Shown one piece after another: positions 29,290 to 40,802 of a stretch of 64,000 nt of DNA. Under the pieces are notes generated by a model, which made no database searches, was not told the DNA's origin, and saw only the letters and a list, made by a program, of their open reading frames with translations. The number at the start of each line of letters is the position of its first letter. The first letter of the stretch is position 1. The DNA comes from Octopus sinensis (Eukaryota): NCBI RefSeq assembly GCF_006345805.1, contig NC_043008.1, forward strand, positions 34,844,001 through 34,908,000, written 5' to 3'. A program made the position numbers and the translations under genes.

Positions 29290-29735
29290 TATGGTGTGGT
29301 GGTGGGTATTACTGTTCCATTCGTGTATTCTGTTGAGGCTCAGTCTATCTGCTGCTATGTGTGTAGCCTTTGTGATCTAAGTGTCGTGTCAGTTCTGTGT
29401 GTCAATAATAACTTAACCTCTATGCTATTAATCGATCCTCCATGTTCTGCCTGTGCATGTTGGTAGAGCATTGACAAGCCTTTTCCTTCTTTGAGCTCTC
29501 GCCAATGCTCCCCTATACGTTCTTCTATGCTGCGGTCAGTGTATCCAATAGAGGTAGTTGTTATGTTTCTGCACCGTCCCTCAGTACATTGTAAGCTATA
29601 CGCTACATTCTTAACCTTACAGTTAACCCGTGGGTTCATACTATATACAACACAATTGTACTCCGTACAGGAAGACTTATCAAAGGGATAGGTATTGCAG
29701 ATCAGGGATTTTAATGGGGCACCAGACCTCTCTAC
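29290..29735 (-). mobile_element. Penelope-like element GIY-YIG endonuclease fragment (CCHH type)
   Basis: ERSGAPLKSLICNTYPFDKSSCTEYNCVV...NCKVKNVAYSLQCTEGRC...SIGYTDRSIEERIGEH...LYQHAQAEHGG...LNRIHEW. Confidence 0.85.
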
Positions 29736-29799
29736 TTTAATTCGTAGATTAGCCTTATTTAATGTTTTTCTAAAATATGATATGTATATATCATTCTCT

Positions 29800-29945
29800 C
29801 TCTATTTATTTCCTCTTATTCCTTTTTGTCGAAGAGCGTAGGCTCAAAATGTAAAAGACTTTTCCATTTTTCCTGAGCGTCAAACTAATATACTTTGTTG
29901 TTTCTACACCTGTCTTCGTCTTTGTTTTTCTATTAATTTGAACAA
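29800..29945 (+). mobile_element. PLE pLTR-like short element (homolog of 13275-13490)
   Basis: tgtcgaagagcgtaggctcaaaatgtaaaagac...cacctgtcttcgtctttg, followed by (TA)n. Confidence 0.65.
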
Positions 29946-29946
29946 T

Positions 29947-29991
<45 letters not shown>

Positions 29992-29993
29992 CA

Positions 29994-30029
<36 letters not shown>

Positions 30030-30084
30030 TACATATATATATACATACATAGATACATATATATATATATATATATAATATATA

Positions 30085-30120
<36 letters not shown>

Positions 30121-30164
30121 TATACATATATATATACATACATAGATACATATATATACATATG

Positions 30165-30247
<83 letters not shown>

Positions 30248-30249
<2 letters not shown>

Positions 30250-30430
30250 CATGAGTGAGGAGCTTAAAAGTTCCTGGCTTTAAGGGTATCGCAAAAGGCC
30301 TGGTTGGAGGCCCAACCTTCCGAGTTCTTTTAAAGAGCTTAGAAAAACTGAAGGACCGCTGCAATAAGTGTGTAAATCTGGAAAGGGAATATGTTGAATA
30401 AAATCATAATTAACTGATTCCTCCTGTCTT
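30248..30430 (+). mobile_element. Mariner-derived MITE, 3' truncated
   Basis: TA followed by a ...aaaagttcctggcttt TIR-like start. The interior gaaaaactgaaggaccgctgcaataagtgtgt...gaatatgttgaataa resembles the mariner transposase C-terminus. Confidence 0.7.
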
Positions 30431-31336
30431 ACTTGCCTCATGTTGCTCTCTGCACTTCACAATGCGTTGCAACAGCCGCCTTCTGCGTCGTTGAACCATA
30501 ATAGTTTCTTCTTCAGAGTTTACTGGATTCGGTTTTCCCATACGTAGGTAGGCAAGCTCTCTAGCATGCTGTTTACGGTATTGCTGGAACCCTGACAGGT
30601 GCTATTACTTCTGGTCAGAGTAGACCTCCGAATATTAGTGGCTAACCCTAAACACATTTTTCAAAACCCCGCATCGGTTAAATTGCATCTGGTAGTAGGC
30701 TTCTCTACCAGATGCAATTTAAAATCAAACCTGGGAAAAACGCTGAAGCTTATAGAAAATTTAGCCAACACATTTCTATCAATCAGTTTCAAGTATATTC
30801 ATTCACGAATATTAATAGTTTGCCGAGAGTGTGTGAGGGTAGAACAAGTGCATCGCAAAATACTGGCGATATAAATATGCCTCGTCAGCAACTTAATTAT
30901 TGATATGTAACAAAGCTTTGATAGAATCCATTCAGTGAAGCGATTCAAAATTGAAAACCGGAAAGAGAATAAGATTCCTGTGAGCCAAAATAGAACTGAA
31001 TTCTCAAGTGGGAAATTCTTATTCAACGCCGTTTCACATAATCATTATCATGTTAGAGGGCAACTAGCTTTTACAAATTCTTTTCATAACATAGTTTGGA
31101 GACCTTTTTTGAGGTGGCTTAAATAGTATACATTTCGTTAATGTAGAATTTATCTCGGCAGATGCAAGTCTTTTACACATTAGGAAAAGGGCAATTACCA
31201 AAACCCACTCGGAAAGCTTTATTCAAGAAAAACAAAGAAGAAAGGATTTAGTATTATCACAAGCGAAACAAAAGTGCCATTATCTCGCTTTCCTAATTCA
31301 CTTAACTTCGAGCTGAGAATATTGTGTTTGTAAGAA

Positions 31337-31530
31337 AGGCGACGAGCTGGCAAAATTGTTAGAACATCAGGGAAAAAATACATTATGGTATTTGATCCGA
31401 ATCTTTACATTCTGAGTTCAAATCCCGCCGTGGTCCAATTTGCCTTTAATCCTTTCAGAGGTGATAAAATTACGTACCAATTAAGTACTACAGTCGAATT
31501 ACACGACTATTTCTCCCTCATACTTCTGCC
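31337..31530 (+). mobile_element. Meta-domain tRNA-SINE
   Basis: aaggcgacgagctggca head, gagttcaaatc B box and Meta body. Confidence 0.8.
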
Positions 31531-31574
31531 CTTCTTCCTATATTCTTTCTTATATAACCTGAAATTTTGGAGGA

Positions 31575-31750
31575 TGGGGTTAACCGATTACATCGACCCA
31601 GCACTTTACTTGTACTTATTTTATCGACTCCAACAGGACGACAGGCAAAGTCAACCTCGGAAGAAATGCAGCTAAGCATTTTGTTCGGCAGAAATGCAAC
31701 TAAGCATTTTATCCGGCACAGTAACGATTCCACCAGCTTTCCTCCTTCGG
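31575..31750 (-). mobile_element. Meta-domain tRNA-SINE, degenerate and inverted relative to the preceding copy
   Basis: atcgacccagc...ggcaaagtcaacctcgg...taagcattttatccggc. Confidence 0.75.
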
Positions 31751-32114
31751 CTTTATGTCTATATTAGAAACAATAATTCAATTTTTAAATATCTTTTAGT
31801 CACGAGGGGAAACAGAGTCTTCCCTCCAAAACTCGTAGGAAGTAGGTAGGTAGGGAGGTAGGGAGGGAGGGAAGGAGGGAAGGAGGGAAGGAGGGAGGAA
31901 TCTTGAAAGCAGAAACCTGGTTCGAATGCTTACGACAAAGTGGACTCCGCTAAAGATACCCAAAGTACCAAGTAAAAGTGTTAAACCAGCCGACGCGGGT
32001 AGAGTCCAAACTAAGCAGTCCATGGCGGGATTTGAACACAGCAAGCAAAAAAACGGAACAAATACTGTAAGACATCCGGCACAATGCTCTCACAGTTCCG
32101 CCAATCCAGGTTCG

Positions 32115-32545
32115 GGTTTTCACGTTTCTGGTCCACCTTGTCTTGCTCTATAGTTGTATGAGTTGAACCCTGTCTGCGACCCTTAGGAGCCATCTGAACT
32201 CCTTTGGTACCAGGACGCTTCGTAGGATTATGGATGACCATTGGTCAGATTTCTTATTCAACCAATGGCTATTCAGAGACTGGGATGTGCCCTTTTACTT
32301 GTATACTTTGAGAGCATCAGCTCAGACTCTTTGGTCATGTTGATCAGTTTTCTGAGTTGGATCCTGAATATCGCACTCTCTTCTCCGAGGAACCACTACA
32401 TGGTCACGACAGATGAGGAAATATCTTGCAGAGATGGAGACTAACAGGGAGACTTCTCAGGGCATTGCCTCGGATGACCGTCTGAGCAAATACTAACAAA
32501 CGTTGGATGTAGCGACGTGTTGCAACGGCGCATGCTCCTATACCT
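32115..32545 (+). mobile_element. RTE-clade LINE 3' end
   Basis: Frameshifted ...LRSHLNSFGTRTLRRIMDDHWSDF...RLFGH..., ending atgctcctatacctgacctg. Confidence 0.75.
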
Positions 32546-33724
32546 GACCTGCCCTGATCTCCAAAATGACGAAAAGCAAAGTTGACCTCAGTAGGAGTTG
32601 AACTCAGAACGCAGGACATCGGAACGAATGCCTCGAAGCGTTCTGTCCAACGCTCTAACGATTCTGCCAATTGTCCTAATTGACTATACACCCTTTTCCC
32701 TTGCATGTCTGCGAGCCTTGTTTGAAATTACAATTTGTTCTTAGCAATGTGTTGTAGCTAATATTTATATAATTTGACATTTCAAACACGTGGCTTTGTG
32801 CCAACAGCAGAAACCAATGGCTGATGTGAGAAGCTAATGTAAACTTGTTTCCAATGCTCCGATGGAATCCTTATACGGGCAAACAAATGAATCATTCTAC
32901 AGTATTAATGAATGAAGCCAGCAACACTTATTTGCTGGAAAACATTAAAGCTTTCAATATATCATTACAGAGACAAAAGTCACCTACAGTCTATGCAATA
33001 ATAACATTTCTAATTAATTAAATAATTAATTGATGCTATTCACTGCTGTGTAATCTAACCGAAAGCTGTGGGTAACAATTAAAGAGCGAGTAAAGAAAGC
33101 AAGTATAATAAATAAACCCCTCCACTCCTCAAAGTCGAGTCAAACTAAATACAACGAACTCATAAATAGTTGAGTAAGTCTCGTGAAATCTTCCAATAAA
33201 ACCATCATTGCCAGGATCTTGTAAATTCTAATGAAAGAGTATTGATCGGCCTAACCGATTTATTAATTCATTAATGTCATTAGCAAGTAGTTCGTCCATC
33301 TATCGATGACAAACTGTCTAAACATGTCATATATACGCACATATTACTGCATTTTCCGTTTAACAAAATTGTAAGGTCAACAGAAAAGTTAAAGAAGAAA
33401 AAGGGAAATAACTGGGTGTGAATTATCCAAGCCTATGTAACTTACAATGTTATTGAATGAAGCGGAAAGCTATTATAAGGAAATACTTTGTATGTACAAA
33501 GTCGTTTCCACCCTTATTTTTTTATTATTTTGTCTCGAAAATCAATCGATTACATTGATTGTGGCGAACTAATTCAGTGTCAGAGAGAATAATTTAACTG
33601 GAGTGGACTCTAAACGTCAGTCTGAGAAATGCTTGAACTACTAATAGTGAAGTGAGGAGGATTGCTGTGTGAGGTTGACATGAGATGAACCACTGTACTT
33701 GAAGTATTCGTATAAATAAAAAAT

Positions 33725-33975
33725 AAATGGGCCCTTTTAACGCCTAACCAAGCTCATGGGCCCAGTTTCCCAGTTTCTATGGCGTATGTGTTCCCCAGCT
33801 GGACGGGACGCCAGTCCATCGCAGCGTTACTCATTTTTGCCAGCTGAGTGGACTGGAGCAACGTGAAATGAAGTGTTTTGCTCAAGAACACAACACGTCG
33901 CCCGGTCCAGGAATCGAAACCACAATCTTACGATCATGATGCTGACACCCTAACCACTAAGCCACGCGCCTCCAC
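33725..33975 (-). mobile_element. V-like tRNA-SINE, full length
   Basis: Homologous to 2775-3020, with a tRNA head ending ...ctaagccacgcgcc. Confidence 0.88.
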
Positions 33976-36027
33976 GAAGCATTCGTATACAGTTCTGATT
34001 CAACGGTAAAGACTGACTAACAAGATTGAAAAACCCCAATTTAAAGTTGTGTACTGGATAAGTATCATACTGTCTATTCTGGTTCAATTGTATAACAATT
34101 ACATAACAATTACATTGCAATTATATATAACTTCAATTAATAACAAAACATTGGTCAGTTGTAGACTGATATACAATTTACTACAATGTGTTGTTCATTG
34201 GTGTGGTTTCTATTTACATGTCGGTGGGTAAATCCGAAGAAGAGTAAATTTTTTGACTTTAGACGCAAAACACTACCGTTGTTGATTCGGTGAATTTTTA
34301 ACTCTTCGGCCTTTTCCCAGAACATTTCTCAGCACATCGTCATCTCAGTTGCGACTCTATATATGTCTAATGCGATTTGATATCGATTTAGAGCAATGAT
34401 TTAAAATGGTCAGTTGGAACTTGGGTAAATGGATGCTTTTAAGAAAACCATAAGCAAGGCTCGGATCACTGAGGGAAGTGCATCCATGTGCTCACTCAGT
34501 ATTCTAGAAATAGTAGTCAAGTCTCCGGCAAACCACGTCCCGACAGGGATACACTGGATAATGTAGTCCGAGTGCACAATTTTGGGAAAAAAAGTGGAAA
34601 GATCACGATTTGAAAGTCTGTTAATCATAAGTTTCTCTCCCCTATCCCTACCCCCACTCTCTTCCTCTTACTTTCACGCTCTGTGCCAGAATCGGTTACA
34701 TAGGATTGTTTTCAGGCTCGTCGAATAACTCTTCAGATTATAAAATACACCTTTATTTATATTCTGTTGGAGAAATGGAGTTCATAGATTTTTAATTGTT
34801 TTGTAACGAAAGTGAAGTCATATTGTTCCGCTGATGAAACGAAACCAGATCGTAAACTTTGAAACTAAAGGGAAACTACATGTATGTTCACCAAAGAATA
34901 ACACGTTCTTTGGAGAAAATGGATCGTGTAACTAAAAAAATCTTTTCCATGGTTCAGTTATCCTGAAAACGATTCAATAAAAATAAATAAAATAAAATTG
35001 TAAAAACACATTGCCTGTTGTTTTACAAAATCCTCCAATTAGAGACCCATATTTTTCGTTGAAGCCATCTCGATGAGTGAAGTTGGAATTGCTCGGTCCG
35101 TCCGACAGAATCCACGAACAGCATCAGTTACAAAAAGAATCCTTACATAAATAATTGTGTACTTTGATCTAAAAAGCTCTCTCTAATAGATAAATCTGGT
35201 CATTAACTTGTGAGAAATATCTATATATTACCACAGATTTCTCTACGCCACGGCAAAGCAAATTAAAGCAGAAAATACTGGAATTTCGATTTTCTTCGAA
35301 TTATTAATATAAAACTGTCTTTGATTTTCTTCTCTTTATCTTCCGTTTCTCTTTTATTTCGTTTTCTTTTCTTTTTCCATGTGAAACTGGAGGAAAAATA
35401 AAAACAACAAAATCGCCAGAATTCCTTGTGTCCGAAGTCCTTTGGTCTTTAACAGTCGGGAAAAATACACGAAAGCGTTAGACGAAATGCCTTGCATTGG
35501 TCTCTTTTTTTTTCTCTCGCCGAATTCTTGCGTTCCGTATTTAAACCTCGGCTGGTGGAACTGGATTCTTTGCTGCTTTTATCCTGACTTTTTGCAACCT
35601 GAGTTCAAATCTTGTTGTGGCTTACCTGGGTCATAGACTTAATCCCCCGCAAGGTTTAACATCTTCACATTCAGTTCACGTCTCTACTTCAAAGATGCTT
35701 GCTCGCTTCCTTCTCAGAAATTTCTGGGATTCTAAAAAGTGTCAGACAATGTCCTTCTTGATCAAGCGAGAAAAAAATAGGTAGGATACAATCCTTTAAG
35801 TTTTGATATATTATTATTTAGCATCACTTCAACTCTGTCTAGGAAAAGCTATCATCTAAAAGTTCTAAATATGAACAACCCGTTTTATTTTCTGAAACAG
35901 AGTATAATGGCGTTGTCCCAACATAGCTGCAGCTCTTGAGCTGAAACTAGTTAAAGAATAGAAAATTACACCATGAAACGTACTTTCTACGTATAAGACG
36001 ACAGGGAATGATTTGAGATGTGGATAA

Positions 36028-36189
36028 TTAGACGTGGGTGTGTGGTAAGAAGCTTGCTTCCCAACCACATGGTTCCGGGTTCAGTCGAATTGCGTAGTAC
36101 CTTGGACAGGTGCCTTCTGTTATAGCCTCGGGCCGACCAAATCCTTGTGAGTAGATTTGGTAGACAGAAATTGAAAGAAATCTGTCGTA
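36028..36189 (+). mobile_element. Head module of the CORE-like SINE, without a tail
   Basis: tgtggtaagaagcttgcttcccaacc...ccttggacagg...ttggtagacagaaattgaaag. Confidence 0.85.
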
Positions 36190-36517
36190 TGTATGTATGT
36201 ATGTATGTATATATATATACTTTATAATAGGGTTCAGCAAAGATTTGCTTTACCACATACGGAAGTTTAGAAATAGCAGCCAAAGAACCTTAGCTATTTA
36301 ATCTACTTTAAAAAGAGACTCCCGGAAAAAACAAATTACTCGAAAACAATTCACGAAGGCAGAGAGGAAAAATAACGAAAATCAATCGATATTAGATTAC
36401 CCATGTACGCGTTTCGGAATTAGATCGGTATAAAGAATGTGTAATTTATACTTTACCCGAACATTTTCTTCATCAGCATGGAACTTCACAATATTAGATA
36501 GTAAAAATATTAAATTC

Positions 36518-36990
36518 AAAGGCACTGGAAGAGGTGTGCATGAGGGCGTGATTGTGCCGACGATGTTATATGGTGCAGAGACGTGGGTTCTGAGAGAGGC
36601 GGAAAGGAGGCGACTAGATGTGTTTGAGATGAGATGTTTGAGGGCTATGGCTGGTGTGACACGGATGGACAGAATGAGGAATGAGGTACGAAGGTGAGCA
36701 GGAGTGAGAGAAAAATCTATGTAGCAGAATGGATAGACGAATGTTGAGGTGGTTTGGTCACATGGGCAGGATGGATGAGGAGCGGATGGCAAGGAGGATG
36801 ATGAAGGCAGAGGTGGTAGGCTGCAGTACCAGAGGCAAACCTTGGTTTGTGTGGATGGATGGAGCGAGGAAAGCTTTGGTAGTTAGAGGTGTTGGAGTGA
36901 GAGAGGCAAGAGAGTTTGTAAATGATAGGAAAGCTTGGAGAGTATTTGTGGATGGACGAGTGAATTGATGTTGCTGAAAGGGGTCCGGAA
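36518..36990 (+). mobile_element. RTE-clade LINE 3' end
   Basis: VIVPTMLYGAETWVLREAERRRLDVFEMRCLR...RMLRWFGHMGRMDEER...RGKPWFVWMDG...DRKAWR, with an in-frame stop at 36695-36697. Confidence 0.88.
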
Positions 36991-37081
36991 CCAGCATAAT
37001 GGAACGAAATGGAGAACGTAATATATCAACAATACGGTTCGATGATGCTTAACTAACTTGTGACACTTTCACAAATCTTAA

Positions 37082-37320
37082 TACCTATTTCTTTACTACC
37101 CACAAGGGGCTAAACATGGAGGGGATAAACAAAGACAGACATAGGTATTAAGTCGATTACATCGACCCCAGTGCGTAACTGGTACTTAATTTATCGACCC
37201 CGAAAGGATGAAAGGCAAAGTCGACCTCGGCGGGATTTGAACTCAGAACGTAGCGGCAGACGAAATACTGCTAAGCATTTCGCCCGGCGTGCTAACGTTT
37301 CTGCCAGCTCACCGCCTATC
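37082..37320 (-). mobile_element. Meta-domain tRNA-SINE, full monomer
   Basis: Head, Meta body and the ...agccccttgtgggtagtaaagaaataggtatt tail. Confidence 0.9.
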
Positions 37321-37445
37321 TTAATACCTTATACTACACTCTTCATATCAGAGAAAAGGGCATACGGTTGAACTCGAGACCATAATCTCAGTGAATCAAG
37401 CGTGCGAGCACGCGTGTGCACACATGCGCACATACAAACACAAAT

Positions 37446-37565
<120 letters not shown>

Positions 37566-37569
37566 TTAC

Positions 37570-37890
37570 TAGATAATATTTATTTCTCGATCAGTTATCT
37601 TTCAAATAATATAAATGGTATAAATGTTGCGTCCATAATAGATTATATCTTCGATTTCGTTCCATAGTTTATCATTCCGCTGTCTAACAAATAAATGTTG
37701 TGTTTATGATAAATTATATCTTCGATTTCGTTCCGTAGTTTATTAAACAATTGTCTTACAAACCCGTATCTGTCTATGATAAATTATATCTTTGATTTCG
37801 TGCCATACTTCATCGGTCGATCGTCTGTCGAATAATATAAACGGTGTGTGTATAACAGGTTATGTCTTTAATTTTGTTCCATAGCTAAAC
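37570..37890. repeat. Degenerate minisatellite with a 70-76 bp period
   Basis: attatatcttcgatttcgttcc core at 37642, 37713, 37783 and a degenerate copy at 37859. Confidence 0.85.
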
Positions 37891-38249
37891 ATAACCTAGG
37901 CAGACTGTAGCAGAAGAATATAGATCACGCATTGGCAAACCTTGTTGAAAAGCGACCACATGAGACATTTCTCATCATCTGGTGGACCGCACCACTGAAA
38001 AATGTAAAGAAAAATAAAAGCAAAAATCAAGAACAAAACAATCCAAAAATAAAAAAAAGAATAATTCAAGGTAATTTTTCGTTAGGTGTCCGGCGGGTCG
38101 CAGTTTGCGCATGATTGTTATACATAGATAAGTAGAATAGATTTAGTCGGAAATCGAAACCAGCTCGCAGACTTGACTCAGAGTGAGATTATCTTCATAA
38201 CAGTTGTTAGATGAATAAGTAAATATTGTTTGATTATGTTTTAGAGAAG

Positions 38250-38425
38250 GAGGTGTTTGAGATGAGACGTTTGAGGGCTATGGCTGGTGTGACACGGATG
38301 GACAGAATGAGGAATGAGGTAAGAAGGTGAGCAGGAGTGAGAGAAAATCTATGTAGCAGAATGGATAGACGACTGTTGAAGTGGTTTGGTCACATGGGCA
38401 GGATGGATGAGGAGCGGATGGCAAG
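38250..38425 (+). mobile_element. Second copy of the RTE fragment found at about 36615-36795
   Basis: Near-identical sequence, including the same TGA at 38328-38330. Confidence 0.88.
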
Positions 38426-38805
38426 TGGAATTTTTCAGACCAAAATCTCCATTTAAAAATCATAGGTTGATCTATGAAGAGGACTTTGGAAGATAAAAAA
38501 TGGCAAGTGAAATGCTGCAGGATTCGGGAAGATAGTGACAACCTTTCAATGTTTACGTGTTAACACTGTATACAGCGTCGACTTGTATGACGGAATTTAC
38601 GGTAAAAGTCAACAATGGCTGTCACAACCGAGCAATGGTGTTATATAATGCCGCTGCATTATTTATTAATTTATCGTTTGTGGGACCTTAACTTCTGATG
38701 ATGTTGACGAACAAGAGTCTACGTGATATAATGGCATGGGTTGTGCACTTTGAATTTAATTTATCAGATCTTATCCCGTTTCAGGTTCGGACACAGGTTA
38801 GTTCT

Positions 38806-38854
<49 letters not shown>

Positions 38855-39123
38855 AGAGGGAAGGGGAGAGAGAAAGAAAGAAGAATCTCCAAATAGGGTA
38901 CTTTATTGACCATTCGAATTCCGATCGCAAAGAAACAGAATGGATATCACAAAGCAATTTATCCGATGATCTACTGACTCTGACAAATCACTGCCGATAT
39001 CGTGGTTAATCTTATCACGAACTATCTGAAACTTATTTTAAACAGCTTTGTTAGATGTCAAATGTGACAGTGAAGTATGTAGTGTCAAATGCTCCGCTTA
39101 AAGACATAAGGAAGTTTTTAGAA

Positions 39124-39267
39124 CAGACATGGGCAACCATTTTCGAGAAGTGGGCCGCATGATACATAGATCATTATTAGGTGGGCCACACTTAAAAATA
39201 CCCGAGATAGTTTTTCGTTAGGCGTGCTATTCGGATAGTCCCGAGGGCCGTGGTTTACTCACGACTG
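39124..39267. mobile_element. hAT-like MITE
   Basis: Imperfect TIRs cagacatgggcaacc and ggtttactcacgactg, internal gggccgc motifs, and a left flank ttttagaa resembling a Charlie-type target site. Confidence 0.45.
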
Positions 39268-39309
39268 ACCAAGAAGCTTCGAACTCACGGTTTTTAAAAA
39301 ATTTTATCT

Positions 39310-39680
39310 TTCTTTTAGTTGTTTTAGTCACTGGACTGCAGCCATACTGGAGCACTCCCTCGAAGGGTTTAGTTGAACAAATCAATCTCAGTACTCCTTT
39401 TTAAATGTTTGGTACTTATTCTATCGGCTTCTTTTTCCGAACCGTTAGGTTATGAGGTCGTAAATAAAGCATTACCGGTTGTCAAGCGGTGTTGGGAACG
39501 AACACAATGACACACAGACATGCACATAGATATATACACTACGGGCTTCTTTCAGTGTCCAGGTGCCATATCCACTCATAAGGCTTTGGTTAGCCTGGGA
39601 CTATAGTCGAAGAAACTTGTTCAAGGTATCACGAAGTGGGACTGAAGCCTCATACAGGTGGTTGGAAAGCAAACGCCTTC
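39310..39680 (-). mobile_element. Diverged CORE-like tRNA-SINE
   Basis: Degenerate tail and head modules. Confidence 0.8.
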
Positions 39681-39978
39681 CCATGCGGCCCCTCGTGAAT
39701 AATGAATAAAGAACAATGAATAATGATTTCACTTCATTTCTTATGCTCGAATCGATTGATTAATTACATCTACGAGGCAAACTGAATGATATCTTGTATT
39801 TATTGATATATTTCGTATCATAATTTCTGGACAACAACGTCGGGGGTTACGAGTTTTCTGTTGACCGATCCCCGGTAAGAAAAGACAAGGGAGCCTCAGT
39901 AACTCAGTGCAAAGGCCTTCGTTAGAAGGACATCGGTCTTGCACCGATGTTTACATCCTTCTTCGGCGAAAAATACAG

Positions 39979-40045
<67 letters not shown>

Positions 40046-40185
40046 TAGTTTCCGTTCATCAAATTCAACTCAGAATGTATTAGTCAACTCGAATCTACAA
40101 TATAAGTCTGTTTCCGAATGTGTCGCGCACAGGGATTGAACCCATCTTAACCTCACAGATAGGTAATTTGATTGTTGATTCCAGT

Positions 40186-40345
40186 TTTTTCGTCTGTCTT
40201 TATGTTCTGAGTTCAAATTCCGCCGAGGTCGATTTTGCCTTTCATCCTTTCGGGGTCGATAAATTAAGTACGAGTTGCGTACTGGGGTCGATCTAATCGA
40301 CTGGCCCTCCTCAAACATTCGGGCATTGTGCCTAGAGTAGGACAG
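40186..40345 (+). mobile_element. Meta-domain SINE body with type-B tail
   Basis: gagttcaaattccgccgaggtcga...gactggccctcc...gtgcctagagtag. Confidence 0.88.
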
Positions 40346-40377
40346 GATTGTTAATTCCAGTTTCATTTGTACAAATA

Positions 40378-40769
40378 TTGTTTTCTCCTCAAGGCACAAG
40401 GCCCGAAAGTTTTGGGGAGGGGACCAGTCAATTAGATTGATCCCAGTACGCAATTCGTACTTAATTTATCGACCCCCGAAATGATGAAAGGCAAAGTCGA
40501 CCTCGGTGGAATTTGAACTCGGAACGTAAAGACAGACGAAATACTTATTTCTTTACTACCCACAAGGGGCTAAACACAGAGAAGACAAACAAGGATAGAC
40601 AAACGGATTAAGTCGATTATATCGACCCCAGTGCATAACTGGTACTTAATTTATCGACCCCGAAATGATGAAAGGTAAAGTCGACCTCGGCGGAATTTGA
40701 ACTCAGAACGCAGCGGCGGACGAAATACCACAAAGCATTTCGCCCGGCGTGCTAACGTTTCTGCCAGCT
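40378..40769 (-). mobile_element. Dimeric Meta-domain SINE (head + body/tail A + body/tail B)
   Basis: One tRNA head and two bodies; the junction is at 40544/40545. Confidence 0.88.
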
Positions 40770-40802
40770 TATTTTGTTGAGACTTGGCGAACGTTTTCCC
40801 TA

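Noticed and set aside
29290-29945. GIY-YIG fragment plus the adjacent inverted pLTR treated as one Penelope insertion
   Set aside because: The 3' end of the GIY-YIG fragment shows no copy of that pLTR, so they may be unrelated neighbours.
34780-34930. Mariner transposase relic
   Set aside because: There are only a few suggestive residues and no TIR, which is not enough support.
37570-37890. CRISPR array
   Set aside because: The context is eukaryotic, the spacers are related to each other, the repeats are degenerate and there are no cas genes.
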